A stretch of 64,000 nt of DNA, from assembly GCF_018977255.1 (NCBI RefSeq), contig NW_024704743.1, forward strand, positions 20,462,001-20,526,000, read 5' to 3'. The notes beneath the pieces are model-generated. The model was not told the DNA's origin. It ran no database searches and was given only the letters and a program-made list of their open reading frames with translations. Shown piece by piece: positions 25,770 to 39,098 of the stretch. A program made the translations under genes and the position numbers. Within the stretch, counting starts at the first letter, position 1, and each line of letters begins with the position of its first letter. This stretch comes from Callorhinchus milii (taxonomy: Eukaryota).

Positions 25770-27230
25770 CAATAGTAACTTGTAATTTTACAGCGCCCTT
25801 TATTTAGAATAACTTCTTGGAGTAATTTTCAAGGATGAGATCGACACCAAGCAAAGGGGAGGAGAAAGGAGAGGTGACCATAGGCACAATTGTAGAGGTA
25901 GTTTTTAAGACAGGATTTAAAGATAGCAACAAAATTACATTTGTATAGTGCCTTTCACGTTGGGAGGACGTCCAAAGATGCTGGACAATCAGTGGTTTGG
26001 ACCCGAGCTGGGGGTTGGGATGGGGAGGCTGAAGGCTGACCCGCCAATGGTGGGGCGGGCTTAGCCGGGGTGTGAAGCAGGCCCGAGCCCGCAGAGCGGA
26101 GGGAGTGGGCAAGTTGGTAGAAGGTTGGTAGGAGGTTAGGAGGTCGCAGAGGTAGGGGGGAATCAAGGCCATGAAGGGCTGTGAAACTATGGGCCAGGAT
26201 CTTGAACTGTATCCTCTGTGTGATGGGAATCCAGGGGGTCGGGCGTGGATGGAGGCACGGGCTGCTGAGTTCTGGATGATCTGCAGCCTATGGGGGGAGG
26301 AGATGGGGAGGCCGACAAGCAAGGAGTTCGTGTAGTTGAGCCTGGATGTTATGAATACGTAATTGAAGGTCTCTGCGGCCAGCTGTGTGAGACCGCGGCA
26401 GAGCCGGGTGATATTGCAGAGATGGGGGAAGGCAGAGCGGGTCATGGCACCGATGTGGAGTAGAAAGGACAGTTGGGGGTCAAACAAGACGCCAAGGTTC
26501 TGAACTGGCTATGTGAGGAGGAATGTGCATCCTTGGATGGTGATGTTGTCAGTGCCTGAGGTGTGAAAGCGCTGGCGGGAGCCAATCTGAAGGGCCTCGG
26601 ACTTGTGGACATTCAACTATAGAAAGTTAGCTCTCATCCAGGACTTGATAGAGAGAGGGGGATAGAGGGAGGGAGTTACAGAAGTTAGGGGCACAATAGT
26701 TGAAAGTTTGGCCAAGGATGGTATTGTAGAAGGGATGGGTGCCGAGCAGTAAGCCTGAGTTAACTAAGTGGAGGGGCAAAGAAAGGACTGGGGTAAGAGG
26801 TGATTACAGAGAGATAGGGAAGTGGTAGGATGTGAAGAGATTTGTAGGTGAGGGTGAGATTTGTAGGTGAGGGTGAAGTCAATCTATTGGAAAATGGCAG
26901 GCCAGTGGAGCCTGGGGCGATGGTTGTGCAGAGTTTCATGCGAATGAGAATGTGGGCAGCAGAATTTTGGATTAACTGGTGCTTATGGATGGTGGAGCTA
27001 TGGAGACGAGCAATGATTTGCATTTAAATATTCTAGGTGGGAGGACTAGAAGGCGTGTAAGGGAAGAGGAAAGCCATGCAGCAGAGGTGAAGAAAATCAC
27101 TTTTGGTTAGGGACTGAATGTGAGGGTGAAAGGAGAGATGAGGATTGAACCAGATGCCAAGGTTGCACACTGATTTGTTCAGTTTGAGAGGGAGACCAAG
27201 GAGATTGAGTAGGTCAGAGCCAGAAGTTAG
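25770..27230 (-). mobile_element. Nested L2-clade LINEs: younger copy (~25925-26650) inside an older copy
   Basis: ORF 25804-26487 has FITSRLNYTNSLLVGLP..LQIIQNSAAR. The older flanks have their own tail at ~25770 and HQLIQNSAAHIL / VCNLGIWFNPHLSF at 26760-27230. Confidence 0.85.
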
Positions 27231-27404
27231 GACATAAAGGTACAACTTCATATCTAGTTTTGAATTTTGAAAGTATAGGCTTTAATGTGCTGTATGCCTG
27301 ATTATGCCTTAACACAGTTTGTTCTGATGAGCGCATATTCATAGAGATTTTCCTATAATTAAACGGCAACTTGATAATTACATTTATTTTTCATAATTAA
27401 TGCA

Positions 27405-27665
27405 CTATATATACATACATATAATACTTACATTTGGTAATTAGCTTCATCATGTTGTCGAGACGTCTCAGGATTTATCTTAAGTGTAGTGACTGTATAA
27501 TTTCAGGAAAACTCAGCGGTCAATTTATGCACAGCATTGATCCAAAACAGCTATGAAATGAATGATTAATTTTATCTATGGGCTGTTGGCCAGAACATGG
27601 GGAGCAATTCCCTTCTCTTTTCAAAAAGTGCCACGGTATATTTAAAGTCTACCTAAACAGCCTTG
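27405..27665 (-). mobile_element. Degenerate Deu-domain SINE 3' part
   Basis: tgttggccagaacatggggagcaattcccttctcttttcaaaaagtgccacgg; similar to 40100-40180. Confidence 0.65.
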
Positions 27666-27781
27666 ATATATCAAAAATATAGAATACACTAAAATACACA
27701 TAGTTTTTAACAAATTAAAATTGTGATTTTAAAATAAGGAGAGGTGTTTACATAGGCAGCTGGAATATATGTTATGGTAGG

Positions 27782-28030
27782 CAGGGCGAAACTTTGGGCA
27801 AGTTTTCTTACTCCACACTCCTGAAAATTATCCCTGAAGAAAATAAAACAATAATTAATTGGTCACTTCAATCCACGACTGTATGTGGGACACTGCTGTA
27901 CTTAATTGGCTGCCGCGTTTCGTCCACAAATTCACAGTCAATTCACTTTGCAGTATATTCTGTGAAGCACTTTGAGACGTCTAGAAGACGTGAAAAGCGC
28001 TCTATCAAATGCAAAGATTATTATTTTATT
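27782..28030 (+). mobile_element. Short tRNA SINE lacking most of its head
   Basis: gggcgaaactttgggcaagttttcttactccacactcctg...gtgggacactgctgt...gaagcactttgagacgtctagaagacgtgaaaagcgctctatcaaatgcaaagattatt. Confidence 0.85.
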
Positions 28031-28181
28031 ATTACAGATGCTCAGAGTCACCATCTGGTATTTAATAGAATGACAATTACCATCCAGATTTGTTTTATGA
28101 TGTTATTGATGTAAATAAGTTCATAATTAAATAAGACGTTTTCACACATTATTCTGAGTAGTCAATCAGGATGTGACATCA

Positions 28182-28330
28182 TTTTGTGGTCAGCTGGGCG
28201 TCTGATACACGTGGAAACCCATAACCATGATTAGAAGGTTTCATTTCAGACTTGAGAATTCCATATATGCCACTGTAACATGGGTTTTTCCATGACTGGA
28301 ATGGAACGTGAACACCCCCGAGGATGATCG
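28182..28330 (-). mobile_element. Unclassified poly(A)-ended repeat, copy C (shortest)
   Basis: ttttgtggtcagctgggcgtctgatacacgtggaaacccataaccatg. Confidence 0.7.
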
Positions 28331-29211
28331 TATTTAAACTTATAGAATTGTCTTTATATACTTTATGTGTTATAATTGTAATATATCAAAATTATGTTTT
28401 TTTTAAATTTCAAATAGACAATAGAGAAAGGCAGTGGAAAGGGAAAGTGTTTCTGAAAATAATTTTTCTTCATGGCAACAGAGATCATCTGCAGCTAAGA
28501 TGGACACTTCTCATCTTGCTTCTGCAATACTTTTATTTGACTTGTCTCTAGCTGCCTCTGAGTTGTTTTACTTTCTAACATATCGCTTGATGTTACTTAA
28601 CTGGCAGATCCTCACTGGATGCAGGACGGTTTTGTAGCCCTGAAGGAAATGAACATAATAGATCACCAAAAGTGTTGTGAGGTGTCCTCCCTACCCCACC
28701 CAGACACACACCACATGCACTTTATTGTAAATTGTATGAAAAGTGGTAGATCTGAATGAGAAGCAATTGGTTGAAACACTTATGTACAGTATTTGGTGAA
28801 ATAATTATTTACTCTGTATCTTAAATTGCTATAATTACCAATAATTCAATTATTGTAGACAAATTAGTTCATGTGGTAAATAATCTATTAGCAACTGTGC
28901 TGATGTAGTATTTATGAATAATGATTTTACACTCTCATTGAGTAATATTGTGAGAAACTCAGGGAGCAATGTTTAAGCAGATTAGCTGGAGCTACAAAAT
29001 ATATTAATGATGACATTGTGCTAAAGGGTAACACAAAACATTTTTTNAATGAGTTGGTTAATTGGACAGTACAAATACACAAAAATAACTTTAGCTAATG
29101 CTGAAATGTCATCTATTTAAAATAATATGAACAAACTGTTTCACGGTATTGAAATATAGGTAATATTTTATTTATTAAAATCTGACTAACCATCTTGTTT
29201 TCTTCCTTTAG

Positions 29212-29364
29212 CTCTCTCAGCTCATTGTTAATACAGGAGGTGTGGCTGCTGTCATTGATTATATTGGTGATTCCAGGGGTAATGTCAGACTGCCTGGTAT
29301 CATGATGCTTGGCTATGTTGCTGCTCACTCGGAGAACCTGGCAATGGCAGTGATTGTCTCCAAG
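29212..29364 (+). CDS. SPAG6: SPAG6 coding exon (exon 7 equivalent), 153 nt; not in the ORF track
   Basis: Branch-point-like GACTAAC at 29184-29190, pyrimidine tract, TTTAG acceptor ending 29211, GTTAGT donor at 29365. LSQLIVNTGGVAAVIDYIGDSRGNVRLPGIMMLGYVAAHSENLAMAVIVSK. Confidence 0.96.
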
Positions 29365-30297
29365 GTTAGTGCCTGGTTCATTATCTGCCTATTATCATTA
29401 CAATGAGGCCCCAGAAAAGGAACTATAAATTAAACTAGCTGTGAAGCATATTGGTGTGCAGTGTATTGATTTGTTGTTAGTACTCCCAGAAGAATTGAGG
29501 TTCCAAATATAAATTCTATAGTAATCTTGATTTTATTTATTTTGTTCCAGTGAATAGAAATATTTTGTTTTTAATTTAGTTCCATGAAGTGTCAAAGCAA
29601 TTAAGACTTTAATTTAAGGACTTTAATTAGAAGAAAATAATACAGTAGATTGCACCAAAATAAAATGTAAATTCTAGGCAGGGTTCTATATGTGGTAAAG
29701 TTGCTGTGTTCTGATGTCTTATTGGTAGGAGAAGGAAGAAAGAAAATATAATTTTCACCCCACTCCAAACACACATTCCAAGCCCACACTTTGTATCACA
29801 TGATTAAACTCTGATATTGAGTTGTCAGTAACTTATGATTTTCAGTATCCCTCCCAGCTGCCAGAATCTGTGATCAAGAATGGTTCATACAGAATTATAT
29901 AAAAATAATAAAGAGGGAAAGATCATTAACACAAATAATATTACGGGAAAAAAACTCCAAAATGTCAAACACACAAAAACGTTTCCATCTTTTTATAAAT
30001 ACATGCTGACTTTTCATTTTCCCCTTTGGGGAACCATCTTGTCTCCACTCGCTTTTTGTGCTCCTCCCAGCCAAGATTGAGAACTTATATATACATGCAA
30101 ACACATGTCCTATATTCAAGAAGATATGTTTATAAAACGTTTAGCTGCACCACTAGTTGCATGTTATGTAAACTAACAAGAAGTTTGAATTATTTTAATC
30201 TTATATCTTTACGAAGGAGTTTTCAATAGGTAATGAATGTTAGTATTGAGAATAAAACTTGTTTCCATACGTTGAACTCAATGTCACCATTCCCAGG

Positions 30298-30610
30298 TAT
30301 AGAATTATAGAATCATAGAAATTTACAGCCCAAAAGAATGCCATTTCATCATGGCTGTCCTGACATTTTACGAGTAATCCTTTCAGTCCTATTTACCTGC
30401 TCTTTCTCCATATCCCTTCAATTTACTCCTTTTTAGATATTTATCCAGGTCCATTTTAAAAGCTAATATGCATTCTGCCTCAACTGTCAGTCCTGACAAG
30501 TCCATATCCTAACCCCTCTTTGCATGAAAATATTTCTCCTAGCTTTCCAATTTGCTCATTTGCTAACCAACGTAAATTGATGCCCGCTAGTCACTGATAC
30601 ACCGAACAGT
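30298..30610 (-). mobile_element. Old CR1-clade LINE 3' end
   Basis: tagaattatagaatcatagaaatttacagc tail repeat, tgctctttctccatatccc, tatttatcca, atatttctcct. Confidence 0.7.
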
Positions 30611-32149
30611 GCAGGCTACACAGAGAAGAGCTCCTTTGGTCTGAAATTTCAGTTAGCATTACAAGATTATTATGGGGAAATCCCATTAGCAGTCAACTTC
30701 ATCAAAGGCGATGTTGTAACGCTGACTGGAATTTCAACCACTTGTACTCTGCCCAACAAAGTGTCTCAATCAATGACCTTTCAAAGAAACTTATAAATTA
30801 TTTTGTGCTGTTGGGTTTTTGTCCATTACAAATTGGGTTGAAATTGTCCACATTTTTATTTTATTATCTAGGTTGGATTGAACAAGATTACAGAATTAAA
30901 AGGGCAGTGTATAAATCTTAAATAGCTCCCTTTGTGTAGGGTTACATCTCAGAGGGCTTTACAGGGAAGGCGTTGGACATCAAGGTGAGGGTGGGGTGGG
31001 TGGAGGCTCACTTCAAGAGGTAGGATTTGAAGCAAGACAGAAAGAGGGTAGGCAAGACACAAGGATAGAAAGCGGGAAGTCCAGACGTTTAGGGCAATGA
31101 GGTAAGAAGCACTATGTAAACAGAGGCCTTTATGATTTGTATTTTGCCACAAAAGTAGTAATGAATTAGATACACTACGAAAAAAAGCCTTTATCATCAC
31201 GTGTTAACTCACTTATGAGCTAATTTTATGAATACGGTATTTGCTTCTTTATTCCTCAAACAAATCTGGAATTAAAATCGAGTTGCGGCTTTAACGTTAA
31301 AATGTTATGAAGATTTGGGAGTTTGAAATGGCCTTTGAAGAAGTTAAACATAGAATAATAGCTGCCTCAGGAATAGGCAGAAGTTTTACTTAAAGGTACG
31401 GTACAGTGAACAAATTAAAAATTCTAGTTATTTTGAGTGAAAATTCCAGGGGTGGACAATTGTAACATTTTTATATTGTTTCAAAGATGATTTTAAACAT
31501 ATTAATACAAATTTTCCTTCATTAGTTATTTTTCTAATATTGCAGTTTAATATATTAAGAATGCCAGAATAAATGCTCATTGTATGATGTTAGACAAAGA
31601 ACTAGTGAGATGCCCCATACACTTCCTCAGAGGAAGTGCATTTTTTTAATTAAAATAATTTGGAATTCAGCTGGATTTAGTATTTTCTGAATTACTAAAA
31701 TGCTTCCTTCTTTGTTCTTGAATGCTTTAATCTAGGAAACAAACCTGCCTTTGATCTTCTCCTAAGTATGCAAACATTTAAGAGTGAAGGCTGATTTCTT
31801 TTTATTTTAATGGAACAAATTAAATGTTTGTGCCCTTTAAGGGCTTAGAGTTGTGATTCAAGTTGCGATGTGACTTTCCCTTAATGTCTATAATTGCTTT
31901 TCAGTTTCTGAGCATTTTTCCACTTTAAAATACAGTAGTGATTGTATAATATGTAATGGTGCTTCAAACTGAGGATTTCACTATCCTTGATATTTTAACT
32001 GAAAAAGTGCCAGCTTTGACGGACACAACTGCCTGCTTCTCAGCCATTAGGATAAAAATGGTGTATTTTTTCTAAAATTGCTTATTAGTGTAAGCCTCTC
32101 AAATTCAGTGTCTCTGACTATGTCTGTTTGCTTCTGATCAACACTTCAG

Positions 32150-32341
32150 GGGGTGGCTCAGTTGGCTATCTGCCTGACAGAAGAACCAGAAGACCACATT
32201 AAGGCTGCGTCTGCTTGGACCCTGGGGCAGATAGGGAGACACACTCCAGAGCATGCTCGTTCTGTTGCTGTGGCAAATGTTCTGCCAAAGCTGCTTGAAC
32301 TCTACATGGATTCTGAAAGCTCTGAAGACCTTCAGATTAAG
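32150..32341 (+). CDS. SPAG6: SPAG6 coding exon (exon 8 equivalent), 192 nt
   Basis: TTCAG acceptor ending 32149, GTAAAA donor at 32342. GVAQLAICLTEEPEDHIKAASAWTLGQIGRHTPEHARSVAVANVLPKLLELYMDSESSEDLQIK. Confidence 0.97.
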
Positions 32342-32574
32342 GTAAAACATATATCAAGTCTGTCATATTTCATCCCATTTGCAGCCACGTTGCCAAGTTT
32401 AATTACTAAGGGACCGATTTTTTTTCGCATCCCATCTAAAAGGTGAAAATGTTGATTCACATAAGAAATATCCTTTTGCATTGTTTATTTATATAGTGAT
32501 TCTTAAAGGCAGAATGTCATAAGAATATTTTCTTAGATTAACTTTTAAAAAAATAGATTTTATGATCTATATTG

Positions 32575-32975
32575 TTGTAGCAAGGGAATCCAGAGTGGAG
32601 GAGAGAGAGCTGTGAAGAAGAATGACTGAGGCAGATAGGTCATTGTGGGAGGAAGCTCAGAGGGGAAGAAGTTCAGGTGACTCCAAGGCAGCCGAGGGGG
32701 GAGGTGGTGAGGGGGGGAGATTTTTTTCCAGGAGCGGTAGGAGATGGAGGTGGGTTGGGTGGCGGTGGGGAGAGGGATTGAGGAGTTAAGGGAAGTGATT
32801 GTCCGAGATTGCTTTGTCGATGATGATGAGGTTCGAGATGGTGAAGCCCCGAGTGATCACCAGGTCGAGGGGGTGACCACGGACATGGGTGACGAGGTGG
32901 AGGGAGAGGTTGAGGGAGGAGATAAGGGAGGAGAAGTCAGCAGAGGGGATGAAGTGAAGGTTGAAATCGTCTTGG
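32575..32975 (-). mobile_element. Internal L2-clade LINE fragment encoding part of the APE endonuclease
   Basis: Minus-strand translation DDFNLHF...SLISSLNLSLHLVTHVRGHPLDLVITRG...AISDNHF matches the (G)DFN, THxxGHxLDL and SDH-like APE motifs. Confidence 0.8.
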
Positions 32976-33984
32976 AGGGATTATTACTAGTACTGCCATT
33001 TCTTGATTTTTCTAAATGTCTTCATGCTGGCAGGATGAAAAGGGCAGCTACATAATTGTCCAGACAGCTTTTCTACCTTTGACAGCCAGTGAATGCACAT
33101 CAAACTGAAAGTGCAGATGCTTTAAAGAAACAGCATTCACTTTATTGGGCTGCACAGGCAGTAGTTCATTACAATAAGAAAAGGTACCTGCACAATGTTA
33201 CTTTTCCTATTTCTCCTTCTTTGTAAATGACTTTTACAAGCTAATTGAAAGAAGGTGATGGGAGCAAGTCACTCTAAAAACTACTGCTGTTCTTAATATT
33301 TAGAATATTTAAATTTGATTCTTAGACAAATCTTGTTTTAACTTTTAAATAGACTGTGCAATATATCAAGCAAACAAGCATGTCTGGTTCATCAGATTAA
33401 TTTAAACACTGGACTGTAGACGGAATGATATTCCTGAATAAAGCTTGAAATAGAGGAAAATTATAAGCAGCATCATAAAATAGCACACAAAAAATAGATA
33501 CAGTGAATATATTTCACATTAGGATTTCTTCTACAGGGGTCATCTCACTGACATATTTCACTGATGTCAAATTTACCAGGTGTCTACAGTCTAGTGGACT
33601 AGAGTGTTTGTTTACAAGGTTCTTCCATAAATCTATTGCAAACATTCATGTAGAACAGTGTATAGATCCAATAGGCTTGAATGACCCAAATCAAGGGCTT
33701 CTATTTAGTGTGGCATTTCCTTTACACAAGAATACCTCAATAAAATGTGTGTGTTCTAAGGGAAACTCAAATGAATTAAATATCTATAAGGTGCCTAGGT
33801 TAGGTGGGATCTTCCTAAATCCTCAAGGGCTCAAAAATTAGGGGAGTCTGGTTAATATTTTTAGGAAACACTGAGCAAACATTGGGCTTGCACTTGTAGA
33901 CTGGGGATAGTAATGTTCAAAAACAAAGGGAAATATGAAGATGGAAATGATAGACCAATTATTCTGACACCTTCAGTGGCAACA

Positions 33985-34310
33985 ATAACAACAAATTACA
34001 TTTATATAGCATGTTTCCCGTTGAAATTCCAAGGCACTGGAGAGTTAAGGGTTTGCATCCGAGCTGGGGGTTGGAATCAAGAGGGGTGGAAGGTAAGAGA
34101 GGTGGCGGGTAGGAGGGGTGGAGGGTAAGTGGGTGGGGGTGAGAGTGTGACTGAAGGCACGGTCAAAGAGAAAAGGTTTGAGATGGGCCTTGAAGAAGGT
34201 GAGTGAGGGGGTGAGTGAGGGATTCAGGGATGGAGTTCCAGAGTGGAGGCAGAAAGGCTGAAGGCCCGTCCACCAATGGTGGGTGGGGCAGGCAAGTTGG
34301 GGGACATGGA
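33985..34310 (-). mobile_element. L2-clade LINE 3' fragment
   Basis: (CAA)n tail + aaattacatttatatagc; FKAHLKPFLF on minus strand. Confidence 0.8.
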
Positions 34311-34789
34311 GGATATTGAATGGATATAATTTACCACATACCATCATTAATTTGAACTGATAAATAAACAGCATCAAGATTTGTGATTTGTTTGAATTAG
34401 TAATCAACAGGAACAAACCAAGAGAAGAACATGCTATTTGACAGAAATTTTGGCTAATACTATAAAGTAATTAGGTTTGCATTTACAACTGTCTATAACT
34501 GACAGTAGCTTTCTGTTATTTCTTCTTAATAATTTGCTAATAGTACAACAAGAACTTGCATTTATATATCGCACTTCATGTGGGGTAGCTTCTCAAACCA
34601 CTTAACAATGGTGTAGTTTTACATAATAAGCTTTTGAAGTCAAGTTTCTTCATATTGAAGATTTTGAAATTGTTGGCTGCCATAATCAATTGGGATGTTT
34701 AAAATGCAGTTAGCTAGAGAGCTGGGAAATAATGCTGTTGAGGGATATAGAGAAAAGGTAGAGATGATGGGATACTGACATGATACAGT

Positions 34790-35395
34790 ACAACAACAAC
34801 AACAAAATCACATTTGTATAGCGCCTTTCACGTCCGAAGGATGTCCCAAGGCGCTGAACAATCAGTGTTTCGAACATGAGCGGGGGGGTCGGAATCGGGG
34901 AGCGTGGAGAGCAAGGGGGGAAGGAGGATGACCGAAGGCAAGGTTGAAGAGGAGGGTCTTGAGATGGGTTTTGAAGGAGGCAAGGGAGGGGGCGAGGCGG
35001 ATGGGACTGCAGGATGGAGTTTCAGAGGCTGGGGGCAGAGTGGCAGAATGCCCGCCCACTAATGGTGGGGTGGGCAAGTCAGGGGACATAAAGCAGGCCG
35101 GAGCCTGCTGAGCGGAGGGAGCATGCAGGTTCTTAGGGGGAGCAAGGCCATGGAGGGCTTTGAAGATGAGGACCAGGATCCTGAATTATATCCTCTGTGT
35201 GATGGGAAACCAGTGGAGTCGGGCGAGGATGGGGGTGATAGGGTCACGGAGTTTGGTGCGGGAGAGGACGCAGGCTGCAGAGTTCTGAATGATCTACATC
35301 CTATGGAGGGAGGAGTTGGGGAGGCCGACAAGCAAGAAGTTTGTGTAATTGAGCCTGGAAGTTATGAATGAGGTATGAGGGTGTCGGTGGCCTGC
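34790..35395 (-). mobile_element. L2-clade LINE 3' fragment (young family)
   Basis: (CAA)n tail, gcgcctttcacgtccgaaggatgtcccaaggcgct stem-loop, SFKTHLKTLLF; homologous to 19050-19595. Confidence 0.9.
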
Positions 35396-36934
35396 TGAAT
35401 GTACATTGTATATTAAGTATGATTTAATAATAGTATTTACATTTGTAACAGCACACAATCGCATTGAAGTGCCTGAAGCTTGTCACACAGAGAATTACTG
35501 TGAGGTGTCGTGGTAGATTGATCTTCTACGATGAACCAAATAACTTTTGATCATCCATACTTTGATGTTAAACTTGACAAAGCATTACCATATCTGATTG
35601 GCCCCCATGAGGGAATCCGTCGCTCCAGTTCATTGGCTGCTTATGCTCCTCCACAAAGAACCCTGTTAACAAAGCTAATTTAAAAAAAATAAATCTTGAT
35701 AAATAACTACTAGAGAGAAACCCAAATCAATGATTATGTATTTATTTTGTGAGGTCAATCTGTTTGCTTAACTGCATTGGTTATTTATATTGTTTTACCT
35801 TTTATCACCTGCCTGAGTGTTTCCAGACCACTGACCTGCCATAGCCAAGAGGACAAGCTTCTAGTATCGCTGACTAGTGTTAATAGGTACATGGGAGCTG
35901 ATCTTTGTGAATCTTTCTCTGAAATTCCTTCCCTTCATGTAAGAAAGTGCTTGGTCTTTGCTCAGTCACATAGCAGATAGATCAAGAACTTTAATCTATT
36001 TCTATATTGAAAATATAGTTTTTACTGGAGACAATGTTGAAATACTTTATAGTTGTATGTCGAAAGAAATTGTATTTTATAAAATTTAATTGTCATGACA
36101 TCCTGAAGGCTGTTTATTATCTTCCAATATGTATTGCATGTATTGGACATATAAATTGGACATACAAAGAATAGAGTTCAAACTAAGAGTAAGTGCTTTG
36201 CCTGCAACTGATCTGGAAAGTGTTTACCCAGAAATTTGGGTCTTTGTATATTATAATTATGTTGATATAGTTGTATCATATATTGGAAATAATATCTCCT
36301 ACAGAGTTGTTCATTTTTGCTTTTTATGTTAATAAAATTGTATTTGGTGAGTTATGAGGGATAAGCAGCTGCATGACCTGGGAATCAAAGAAGGAAGGGT
36401 TATATATTTGAATTCATGCTGGAATATGTAGTGTAAAGGTGCTCTGAAATTCTATCCGCATGCAGGGTACTATGCAAATACAAGTTGTTTTCAGTGTAAA
36501 ATAGCATTTTTTAAGATTTAAAGCAGGATGGAAGATATAGTCTAAAATGATTAGAATTCTTTTGTTTGTTTTATTCCTTTCTTGATTGTACTATGGAATA
36601 GATTTCCTTCTTTTGTATTATTTATTCAATACTTCCACTGGATGTAGTGATTGCTTCAAGCTATAGTGGAATATTTAGTTTCCCCCTGCCTCCTAATACT
36701 TCAGTATAAGGAGCTATTTTTTTAGGACAGACATGCAGAAGCAATTCTGACCAGGTTTGATGGTCATAGTTACTTACCACTGTTTTCTCTTAATTTGATG
36801 GCTGCTATACTCACCAAAAGGTGACTTAGTCAGAAACTGTAATCATGGTACTATGTTTTAGAAATTTGTGAATTTATTGTATATTGTGGGATAATTCCTG
36901 ATTAGCTCCTGTCTATCCAACATTTGCTGGACAC

Positions 36935-37140
36935 GTAGAATCATAGAATATTACAGCACAGAAGGAGGCCATTCGGCCTATCATGCCTGTGCTGGTTCTT
37001 TGGAAGCGCTACTCAATTCGTCCCACTCCCCCGCTCTTTCCTCAAAACCTTGCAAATTTTTCCTTTTCAAGTACTTATCTAATTCCTCCTTGAAAGTTGT
37101 TATTGAATCTGTTTCCACCACCCTTTCAGTCAGTGAGTGC
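36935..37140 (-). mobile_element. CR1-clade (HER1-like) LINE 3' end
   Basis: tagaatcatagaatattacagcacagaaggaggccattcggcc; minus ORF VVETDSITTFKEELDKYLKRKNLQGF. Confidence 0.88.
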
Positions 37141-37677
37141 ATTCTAGACTTATTAAACAATGTGAATAAGTCCAACTGTGATAGTTCATCTACCCATGTC
37201 TGGTCAATGCCTCCTGTTAGGACCTATCGATTTCACTTGCCTTGGTGACCATTTCATGAGTAGTTTGGGAATATGAAATTTTTGCAAATTTCAACTATGT
37301 TTTAAAGATGAGGGATGCATATTTCCACTGTTCAGTAAAGTTACCTACTTTGGCAACATGCAATTCTAATGGGAATTCTCTTTAAGAGTATGACAATAAC
37401 ATCAATACATTTACAGACCAGTAAAATGTCACTCCTGATGTCACTTATTGTAATTTTACACCACTATTTTTAATTCATAATTTTCTAAACATGAAAGTGT
37501 CCTGTTAAGTTTCAGAATTCTGTGTTGATTGCTTGTTTAGTGGGACAATCACAGGGAAGAAGGTGTAATTAAAATATCTACTATTTTAGCCTTATCAAGA
37601 AATGTTCATAACTTTCATAGCTATTTGTAGGTAATTTGTATTGAATGATTGTCCTGCTTATATTATTTGATTTGCTA

Positions 37678-37808
37678 ATAATAATAATAATCGTTGCATT
37701 TGATATAGCGCCTTACCACATCTTCAAGATGTCTCAAAGCGCTTCACAGAATATACTGTAAAGTGAATTGACTGTATATTTTGTGGGCGAAACGCAGCAG
37801 CCAATTGA
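37678..37808 (-). mobile_element. SINE 3' fragment with (TTA)n tail
   Basis: Near-identical to 1-140. Confidence 0.85.
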
Positions 37809-38981
37809 TAACTGGTTGTATAAGGAATACCTTTGATAGAGAAAATATCAAAATCCCAGCTATCACAGTTTCAAATTACAATTAGTAATGGATATATCAG
37901 GCTGCAATGTCATGACGTGATGTCTCTTTTGCTGTGTTGTTATAGTGATCTGTGTGTGCTTCTTATTTTGGAGCCAGTTTGTCTGCAGTGGAACTGCTGT
38001 AAATTGTGCAAGCTGCTTTGGGTGACCTGAGGTAGAACCAATAACATTCCACATTACCCGTTCCTCAACTCAGCATAATTATGGCTTAAGAAATAGATTG
38101 TTAGGGTTCTGCAATATTGTCAATCTAGAAGTTAACTAAGTCTGTAGAAGATTGAACTAGCATTGCTGTTCTACTGGCACCTTCACATATAAGAAGTATA
38201 TTAAAAATGTCATTAACTATATAATATAACAGCAGAAATTAGATGTTTTCTACTTATTCTGGTACTTCATTTTCTGCTCCTTTGGTTACAAAGATGTTTA
38301 TACCTTCTGCATGACCTAGAGCTGTCAGATATGAAACTAGTTCTAGACTTTCTGCATGTCCGACATACACAGTTTACACTAGCTCTGAATAGTGTGAAAG
38401 AAATTCACAAAAATATCCCAGATTTTTTCACAACAAGGAATAGGAAAGCAAACTCCAGATATCATAGGGGATTTACTTCAGTTTTCAAATGTATTATACA
38501 TTCTAGTATGACCTATTTCATTCTATGCCATTGTGTATTTGTGAAAAAGTGCATATATATCTTTTTGCTGCCTAAGAAATAAACGTTTGCAATATATTAG
38601 TATTTATTTTAAAATGTAAAAAAAAGCTCAAATCAAAATCTAGGAGTGAGCCTACAGTGATAATGCAGAGTTTGATTCCTTTAAACCATATCATTAAGCA
38701 CACATACTGAAGAATGAGGTGAATTGTATGAACATCAATTTACAATTTTTTCCATCTTATTTTATTTTGAATTTATTTAGATGTTATTTTTCAGGCTGAT
38801 TTTAAAATACATTGGAATTATGTGCTTGACTATGCTGATAGTGTCTCATTTCAGAACTCCATGAGTGAGCTGACTGAGCCAATGTTCCAATCCCAGGAAT
38901 GCAGGACATGAAGGTTGCAAATTCCAAACATTGTTTTGAGCAGATGCCTTAGGATTTCACTGTTACTTTCCACTTCCACAG

Positions 38982-39098
38982 GCGAAAAAAGCTCTGAAGA
39001 ACATCCTGCAGAAATGCACATATCTGCAAGCTCTAGATCCATTGCTACAAGATGCACCTTCCAATATCCTTAAGCATGTTGTTGGTCAATACAGTAAG
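38982..39098 (+). CDS. SPAG6: SPAG6 coding exon (exon 9 equivalent), 117 nt; not in the ORF track
   Basis: CCACAG acceptor ending 38981, GTAAGG donor at 39099. AKKALKNILQKCTYLQALDPLLQDAPSNILKHVVGQYSK. Confidence 0.96.

Noticed and set aside
25804..26487. 227-aa ORF as a host gene
   Set aside because: It is the decayed C-terminal part of L2 ORF2 reading through the element's 3' UTR.
29047..29047. Ambiguous base n
   Set aside because: Assembly ambiguity at the end of a T run, with no biological meaning.
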